Shown: positions 26,101 to 32,000 of the stretch, one piece after another
Layout: every line of letters starts with the position of its first letter
Numbering within the stretch: the first letter of the stretch is position 1
Assembly: GCA_963699255.1 (NCBI GenBank)
Contig: OY969425.1
Coordinates: 900,001-932,000 of the forward strand
DNA: 32,000 bases
Origin: an uncultured bacterium
GTDB taxonomy: Bacteria; Margulisbacteria; WOR-1; CAVSGV01
Reading direction: 5' to 3'
The notes under the pieces: generated by a model
Told to the model about the DNA's origin: nothing
What the model saw: only the letters and a program-made list of their open reading frames with translations
Database searches by the model: none
Made by a program: the position numbers and the translations under genes

Positions 26101-29100
26101 ACTTTACCGACATTGTAGCCGGACGCCATGATCTTCATCCCGGCGATCTTCATCCCTTTCGATTGCAGATAATATGGATGGACTTCCCCAGTGGTCTCCA
26201 GATTGAATGAAATGACTGTCGAATCCTTTATTCCGTCGCCGTTCGGAGAAAAATACGGGTTACTCGGATCGCTTAATATCTCGCCAAAGCTTAGATAAAC
26301 CTTATCAACCTGTATGCTATTATTGGAAACAAGAGTGGCGGTGTTTCCAAATACATCCGATGCCTTTATGACATATTTATATAACCCCATGTCCGCGTAT
26401 CCATTTCCGTCAGCGTCTCCGTTGCCTCCCCGAATATTTACCCTTCCATCCCACAAGGTATCTCCGCCTGCCGATCCAATAAGGCTACGGACAAGAGTAG
26501 AAGCGTCAAATGTAACAGCGGAGTTGTATATCCTAACTTCTACAGATGATATTGGATTTCCCACATCAGTAACCTGATACTTAATAGTGACATCGTCTTG
26601 CTGACTGTCGCCATTCGGAGTTATCGGCTCTGTGGGACTTATGCCGTTATCCGATATTTTAGGCGGGCCTCTGTCAATGATAAGATCAGCTACGAACGGA
26701 TAAACTGTTCCAGTCGGATCTGTTGCCTGAACTTCCAGCGTATAAGTCCCATCCATAACTTTACCGCCGATCTGGTTATTCAATCCGTCCCAGTTAAGCG
26801 AGTAGTTTCCTTCTCCTTTTGTATCGGTAAAACTATAGACTTTTGTTCCTGTTTTATCATAGATGTTTATCGCAATTTGCGAGTTGCCGGAGATCAAGCC
26901 GCCTTTATAGTCGATCGAATATGAAATAACCGTGTATTCATCGACTCCATCTCCGTTCGGAGAAATCTTTAGCGGGGCCGCCTCTAAGGATATCGTCGGA
27001 CTTTTAACCAATGTAATATCTCCGCCAGTTAATGAGCTGGTATTGCCGGCGCTGTCCAAAGCTGATATTTCGCATATATATTTCCCATCAGGACACATGC
27101 TGTTTGATATATCCTTCCCATCCCACACAAAGGAACCCGTGATGGGCGACTTAATACCAAAACCTGTAAATGTTCTAACTGTTGTTCCTGAAAGCGTCTT
27201 TATTTCAACCGTTGATACGATATTCCCAACCCCACCGCTTACAACATATCCTATAGTTGTAGTATCATCATGACCGTCTCCGTTTGGCGTAAAAATTATC
27301 GGGGCAGAGCTTTCTCCGGTTATCTTTAATTCCGCGCTGACCAGAAGATCAGTTGTATATGAATAAACAGTCCCCGTGGGATCTGATGCCTGCATCTTTA
27401 GCGTGTATGTACCGTCCGGAACAAATCCGCCCGCCTGGTTGTTTTCCCCTCCCCAAGTATATGAATAGCTGCCTTCTCCCTTTGTATCGGCAAGCGAGTA
27501 AACTTTAATGCCGTAATGATCGAAAATATCCATTGCGACTTGCGAATCACCGGAGATCAATCCTCCGTAACTGATCACACAGTACATTGTAGAAGCATTG
27601 GTTATACCATCGCCGTTTGGAAACAATGTTTTTGGTGCCGCATACATGGATATTGCAGCATTTGCGGCAAGAACAATGCCGCCTGAAACTGTTGGAGATG
27701 AATTGCCCGCGGAATCGACAGCCGTGATCTTATATGTATACTCGCCGTCGGGACATGGGTTGCTTGATACATCTTTGCCGTTCCAAGTAAAGGAGGGATT
27801 AGAGCCTGGGGAATAGGGACTAGAAAAGACTTTCACTGTGGTGCCCGCTAATGACTTTATCTCTACCGTTGATACACCGTTTCCGACACCACCGGAAACA
27901 AAGTATGAAATGATCGTAGTATCATCATGTCCATCCCCATTCGGCGAAAATATTATTGGTACAGCACTCTCTCCTGTTATCTGTAATCCCGCACTGACAA
28001 CGAGATCGGCAGTATATGAATACACAGTTCCCGTAGGATCTGTTGCCTGTACTTCTAATGTGTATGTTCCGTCCGGGACATATCCTCCTGCCTGATTATT
28101 CTCCCCGCCCCAGGGATATGAATAGCTACCCTCTCCTCTTGTGTCAGTAAGCGAATAAACCTTTATTCCAGATCCATTGAAGACCTCAATCGTTAATTGC
28201 GAATTGCCGGAGAATAAACCTTCGTAACTGATAGCGCAGTGGATCGTGGCAGTGTCGTCTACCCCATCATTATTCGGGGATATTGTTTTTGGATTCGCGG
28301 ACATTGTTATCGTCGGATTTGCGGCAAGAATAACACTTCCTTCTACACTGGAAGATAAGTCTCCTGTGGAATCTGCCGCGGTTATCTCATATTGATATTT
28401 TCCATCCGGACACAGGTTGTTTGATCCGTTTTTCCCATCCCATGTAAAAGAACACGTAACGGGAGTTCCAGCATCTGAATCTGTAAACGTTTTTACCGTT
28501 GTTCCGGAAAGCGTCTTTATTTCAACGGTTGACACAACACTTCCAAAACCGCCGCTTACGACATATCCTATGGTAGTATTATCATCATGATTATCTCCAT
28601 TCGGCGTAAATATCGCAGGCACGGGGCTTTCTCCCGTTATCTGTAATGGCGCGCCAACAACGAGATCTGTCGCATAATAATATATGGTTCCCGTAGGATC
28701 CGATGACTTAACTTCCAGCCTGTAAGTTCCGTTAGGAACGATCCCGCCGGTTTGATTGTTTTGTCCGTTCCACTTATTGGAATAGTTACCTTCCCCTTTT
28801 GTATCGGAGAAGTAATAAACTATCGTATTTGATCGATCATATATGTTTTCCGTTACCTGCGAGTTGCCCGTAATAAGCTGGCCCTGATAATTGATGTTAT
28901 AGTAAATGTTCATATCGCTACCGCTGGAAGAAATCGTCTTCGGGTCTGCATAAACGATTATGGTGGGATTTCTTATTAGAGTAAGGCTCCCTGTTATCAC
29001 CGATGCCTGGTTGCCGATGCTATCAGACGCGGATATCTCGTACTGATACTGGCCGTCGGGACTCATGTTATTCTGTTCATCCTTCCCGTCCCAAATCTCC

Positions 29101-32000
29101 TGATCAAAGCCCGATGATGCAAGCTGAGAGGTGAAGGTTTTTACTGTGGCTCCTGCCAACGACTTTATCTTTACTTTTGCCGTGACATCGCCAATGCCAC
29201 CAGATACTTTATATTTGAAAGTGACATAGTCATCGTGATTATCTCCATTCGGGGTGAATATTAACGGCGATGCGACAGCATTTGAAATGCTCAACCCTGA
29301 AATGATCGTGAACTGTGCTTTGCTAATCGTTTCTTCATTCCCCGCCTCATCAACCATTTTTAATCTTATGGGATATACGCCCGGTTCAAACACACCACCA
29401 CTCATCAATTTATCTTTGCTGAAAGTGACGGAATTGCCTTTAGCTTCCTGCGGCTGGCTGGATACTATATTTGATACAACCGCGCCGTAGGAATCGAGAA
29501 TATCAATTGTCACAAAGCTCTTTTCGGTTAAATAATATGAAAAAACAATGTCATCGGTCATTTGATCCAACTCCTGAATGCTTTCCTCTGAAGGGGAGAT
29601 AGCTATCTTCGATGCGTATGGCTTTGAATTGTCTATCCGGACTATCCCTTTCTTTGTGAAATTCGTTTTGGGAGTAACGGCTGAAAAGATGTAATTATAA
29701 CTTCCTTCCTTGACGTTGTTGCCGCTGTTGTCCTTGCCATTCCATTCAGCCTTATATGTGCCCCTTCCAATACCTTCGGAAGAAACAAGAGAATAGATAT
29801 TTCCGCCCATATACGTGACATACGCTTCAACTGTGCAGGTATCGGGGACGGAATAATATAATGTTATCGGATTTGGATTAGGAATAACAAGCGACATGAC
29901 TTCCGGGCTTGCCATAACATCAAGCAGATAGGCCGATTTATCTACCTGAATATTACCATCATAATCATAGACGGTTTCGTTGCCAGCAAGGTCAACGGCT
30001 GTGAAAACAAGTTTATATGTTCCGTTAGTTACCTCGCCTTCGTCGCTTTTGCCATCCCAGACCACATTATTTACGGCATCCTGCGAAGCGATAATATCTA
30101 TCTTCCTGACAAGTTGATCACTAAGGTCTTTGAACTCAAGCGAAACAGCCGCCGCCTTTGACAGAGCAAATGAAATTTGGGTGCTATCATTAATGCCGTC
30201 ATCATTCGGAGTTATCAGGTTTGTTGAAAGACTGATATTTGATATTTTGGGTTTGATAGTATCAACAATTACTTCCTTTGAGGTTTCGCGGTAATTGCCC
30301 GCCTTATCGGTCGCATTGACGTACAACAAGTAGTGTCCGTCGGAGACTCTTTTGCCGTAATAGTCTTTTCCATCCCATGAAATATTATATTTCCCGCATT
30401 CGGGTTCTCTCAAATTGAGAAGTGCGGTTATGTAATTATATTGATTATCAAAAATATTCACATTGACGCTCTGAAGCTCAATCGAACCAGCATCAGTTAC
30501 CCTGAATGTCGCATCAAGTGTGCCGGATGCAACAGGAGAGAAATAATTGTTGTTCATGAAGAAGTCGTAAATCGTTGGAGGGGTGAAGTCGCAAACGGCG
30601 TGGATCTGGCGGGCTTCGTTTCGAGCTTCACTTGTATCATCATAAGTAAATGGAGCAATCGATCCGATCTGTCCGTATCCGTCGCTATCTCTGTAAGCAG
30701 TCCCGTTAAATGCCCTGACATTTATAGCCCACAAACCTTCGCTTGGCAGGGATAAGTGAATAGACCTTGTTTCCGGAGAGACGTTATCTATCAGGACTTC
30801 CCAGTGATCTCTATCGCTTCGCTTGCCGACTATTTGATATTGTTGAAGCTGGATAAAATCGCTTTCGTGGGTGCTGCCCCATGAAATATCTAGACCTTTG
30901 TTATTTATATAATATGTTTCGGCAGTGGGAATGGTGACATGGAAATCGGAAGGCGGCAAATCGGTGCAACATGACTGGATCTTGTTTTTCTTTGCATCGC
31001 AAAAATATAATTTGTTTACACCTTTTTCATTCCTGACCAATACTTTCAACGGCGAAGGGGAAAGCCTGTGGTTGCCATAGGTGCATGTGTACTTTAAATC
31101 CTTTGTGTATCTCTGTATCCTGTGATTACCTTTATCTGCTATATAGAGTGTAGCGGCATCAGCTGTTACAGAATACGCGTAAGTTGAGACCGGAAAATTA
31201 AACCCAACATCTGACAGCGAACCAGAAAAAGAGCCTGAATAATCGAACTGTTGCACTCTATTATTAAGTGAATCTGATACATAAATGCCATTTCCTTTCA
31301 CTGAAACCGATGACGGCATACTGAATTCATCGTCAAAAGTCCCCGATATTTTATTGGAGTAAAAAGTCTTGTATACTTCATGCCCCACAAACCAGGAATT
31401 TCCAAGCTGATAATTTTCTTTGCCAATAACAATATCAAATTTAGAAGCGTTGCCATCATAATCGTATTTTAATATGCGATTATTTAGTGAGTCAGAAACG
31501 TAAACATATCCATTGTTGTCCGTTGTTATCCCCTTTGGAAGATTGAATCTTTCCCCTTCATATGTTCTTGTTTCCCAGTCATCTGAATTGGGAGGCGGGT
31601 TCATTAAATCGTGATAGTTATCTCTTTCGCGTATAAATTTCGCATAGACCTCCGGGCCACTAATATGACTAATCACCTTTAAAGAATCACTCAACACCAG
31701 GACTCGATTATGATAAGTATCGCTGACATAAACCCTGGCGCCATCCGGCGAACAGGCAATGCCATAAGGCCCGGATAGGCCGCTAAAAGAAGCAAGTTGG
31801 ATGCCATTCGGATCATATTTCACGACCTTACCAAGCTGGCAGTAGACAACATACTCATTACCGAATTTATCATATTCAAAATCGCTGATGGCAGGCAATT
31901 CGCTGGTGGGAGGGGGCGTTTCTGAAAGAAGTTCGCAAGCCGATTGCGCATTTACTCTTCCAGCTCCCATGCCTTCGCCAATATAATCAGCCGTACCTTC
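23196..32000 (-). CDS. Giant secreted protein (at least 2924 aa, N-terminus beyond window): NHL propeller, FlgD/Ig-like array, sialidase-like propeller, C-terminal sorting-type domain
   Basis: NHL repeats (GIACSPDGARVYVSDTYHNRVLVL, GITTDNNGYVYVSDSLNNRILKYD, TLYIADKGNHRIQRY); many PNGDGxxDD...WDGKD...PDGxYxYxI units; BNR-like NPAITTNTAGTNVYVVWEDYRN; C-terminal NWPNPFDPNKERTKIRYRL...LNGIYPFEITVN. Frame is open through base 32000. Confidence 0.85.
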   Translation of the reverse strand, partial: EGTADYIGEGMGAGRVNAQSACELLSETPPPTSELPAISDFEYDKFGNEYVVYCQLGKVVKYDPNGIQLASFSGLSGPYGIACSPDGARVYVSDTYHNRVLVLSDSLKVISHISGPEVYAKFIRERDNYHDLMNPPPNSDDWETRTYEGERFNLPKGITTDNNGYVYVSDSLNNRILKYDYDGNASKFDIVIGKENYQLGNSWFVGHEVYKTFYSNKISGTFDDEFSMPSSVSVKGNGIYVSDSLNNRVQQFDYSGSFSGSLSDVGFNFPVSTYAYSVTADAATLYIADKGNHRIQRYTKDLKYTCTYGNHRLSPSPLKVLVRNEKGVNKLYFCDAKKNKIQSCCTDLPPSDFHVTIPTAETYYINNKGLDISWGSTHESDFIQLQQYQIVGKRSDRDHWEVLIDNVSPETRSIHLSLPSEGLWAINVRAFNGTAYRDSDGYGQIGSIAPFTYDDTSEARNEARQIHAVCDFTPPTIYDFFMNNNYFSPVASGTLDATFRVTDAGSIELQSVNVNIFDNQYNYITALLNLREPECGKYNISWDGKDYYGKRVSDGHYLLYVNATDKAGNYRETSKEVIVDTIKPKISNISLSTNLITPNDDGINDSTQISFALSKAAAVSLEFKDLSDQLVRKIDIIASQDAVNNVVWDGKSDEGEVTNGTYKLVFTAVDLAGNETVYDYDGNIQVDKSAYLLDVMASPEVMSLVIPNPNPITLYYSVPDTCTVEAYVTYMGGNIYSLVSSEGIGRGTYKAEWNGKDNSGNNVKEGSYNYIFSAVTPKTNFTKKGIVRIDNSKPYASKIAISPSEESIQELDQMTDDIVFSYYLTEKSFVTIDILDSYGAVVSNIVSSQPQEAKGNSVTFSKDKLMSGGVFEPGVYPIRLKMVDEAGNEETISKAQFTIISGLSISNAVASPLIFTPNGDNHDDYVTFKYKVSGGIGDVTAKVKIKSLAGATVKTFTSQLASSGFDQEIWDGKDEQNNMSPDGQYQYEISASDSIGNQASVITGSLTLIRNPTIIVYADPKTISSSGSDMNIYYNINYQGQLITGNSQVTENIYDRSNTIVYYFSDTKGEGNYSNKWNGQNNQTGGIVPNGTYRLEVKSSDPTGTIYYYATDLVVGAPLQITGESPVPAIFTPNGDNHDDNTTIGYVVSGGFGSVVSTVEIKTLSGTTVKTFTDSDAGTPVTCSFTWDGKNGSNNLCPDGKYQYEITAADSTGDLSSSVEGSVILAANPTITMSANPKTISPNNDGVDDTATIHCAISYEGLFSGNSQLTIEVFNGSGIKVYSLTDTRGEGSYSYPWGGENNQAGGYVPDGTYTLEVQATDPTGTVYSYTADLVVSAGLQITGESAVPIIFSPNGDGHDDTTIISYFVSGGVGNGVSTVEIKSLAGTTVKVFSSPYSPGSNPSFTWNGKDVSSNPCPDGEYTYKITAVDSAGNSSPTVSGGIVLAANAAISMYAAPKTLFPNGDGITNASTMYCVISYGGLISGDSQVAMDIFDHYGIKVYSLADTKGEGSYSYTWGGENNQAGGFVPDGTYTLKMQASDPTGTVYSYTTDLLVSAELKITGESSAPIIFTPNGDGHDDTTTIGYVVSGGVGNIVSTVEIKTLSGTTVRTFTGFGIKSPITGSFVWDGKDISNSMCPDGKYICEISALDSAGNTSSLTGGDITLVKSPTISLEAAPLKISPNGDGVDEYTVISYSIDYKGGLISGNSQIAINIYDKTGTKVYSFTDTKGEGNYSLNWDGLNNQIGGKVMDGTYTLEVQATDPTGTVYPFVADLIIDRGPPKISDNGISPTEPITPNGDSQQDDVTIKYQVTDVGNPISSVEVRIYNSAVTFDASTLVRSLIGSAGGDTLWDGRVNIRGGNGDADGNGYADMGLYKYVIKASDVFGNTATLVSNNSIQVDKVYLSFGEILSDPSNPYFSPNGDGIKDSTVISFNLETTGEVHPYYLQSKGMKIAGMKIMASGYNVGKVTMKIKDMSGNTIRTLMDSVSREAGITYEVTWDGKNSSGTVVSDGSYTIEVKAVDMIGDPATNSIISGITSNCSQAVVDTVAPVAQITSPPDSSWQKGTINIIGSVYDANHVNYSIGYNGSYTNLGTGEGNKTNESIIPWDASAVNKTCTIELYAVDAAGNTAEARRTFNVDNLPPQISNILIKSNGQPRSYFNPYLDGTISVEYQIDDNSFNASGYTVPCSSITLDSDVWNGATKIAALKINQPVTSGSKYVSWTGLNDASPSDYVNEGNYQIRLSLTDLAGNNTVITQTVSIADDQQVTTHESGSYSHDPNLQETAGYLFLKYATGESFGDKIISRYASYYDYGAAGLNFEFPFTVTSGHQTLNLCYWMALNSYGGYLMKISDMNNSDSSPWRYVDNTSNGDTVTKTQYKSITLPAGKYYAYVYANAPHNQSAGSGLKITYEAQEYNRKKSLLLPINNGWNAGITLESIPDILSASSSNGKIAHYVWSSEYKGQSNYAEDHDPPPPYYYSVLSTFTSFGNNQIVYNKRTNGTLRGTTYLWGPQNYWSDWYPIESRISNGNGDAINPAITTNTAGTNVYVVWEDYRNNGNTRGKIYLTLSTNSGETWPTDGSLIVSSSGNCIMPSIALIGNTIYVAYIDDANGGHKELYVRKGTVNGAGNSIDWSSPGNGTARITMHDFTNCEASKPSIVCETSGNAYVAWEDTRTGTSEIFFQKIPSNFAPFTSSGMTTMSMPIEQPVIQTPIIIQSSSSTPELISPIDKATVKSLRPTFKWYGVQNVKDYRIECATTSDETSLSGSLDYFTATITDVSAAKPVCEYTQNEHFMGLDESTPNNPYWYWRVQTITSEASTSEVGSFRIELPSSLSSVTNWPNPFDPNKERTKIRYRLGREPNSVTIRIYDITGALVKELDGTTNPEGASIWSKYNDVEWDGRNGRGDLVLNGIYPFEITVNYGDKSVTGRGNIAVLK
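27313..29290 (-). repeat. Tandem ~219-220-aa super-units (each two FlgD/Ig-like subdomains) in the giant protein; boundaries approximate
   Basis: The ITGES.vPiIFtPNGDgHDD block recurs with markers at 27313, 27970 and 28630 (spacing 657 and 660 nt), and more diverged copies flank these. Confidence 0.8.

Overview
The window looks like ordinary chromosomal backbone at the left, an AT-rich accessory block in the middle (about 11.6-22.2 kb), and large secreted-protein genes on both sides of that block. Left to right: the C-terminal part of a DEAD-box RNA helicase; typA/bipA; an SrkA/YihE-like kinase; a minus-strand cluster (repeat-rich 1610-aa surface protein -> PorV/PorQ-family barrel with C-terminal TPR-like region -> membrane-anchored ExeA-like ATPase with zinc ribbon); a pair of hairpin-rich repeats; an initiator tRNA-Met; an integrase + excisionase-like HTH pair next to the tRNA; a zinc-cluster hypothetical; a putative PD-(D/E)XK nuclease plus a DUF2971-like protein; a ketosynthase-ACP-hotdog thioesterase-7TM histidine kinase operon with a convergent stand-alone response regulator; a second tyrosine recombinase + HTH pair; and a second surface-protein/PorV module (2924+ aa giant protein and a PorV/PorQ-like protein). 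Best candidates for something undescribed: (1) two separate giant-cargo/PorV-like pairs, each coupled by a 4-nt ATGA overlap, one with an ExeA-like ATPase; (2) the KS-ACP-thioesterase-7TM kinase operon; (3) the nuclease/DUF2971-like pair, which has diverged ~36-nt direct repeats at its gene junctions; (4) an intergenic repeat that appears to encode the signal-peptide region of the second PorV-like protein. Family names were assigned by reading motifs; no searches were run.
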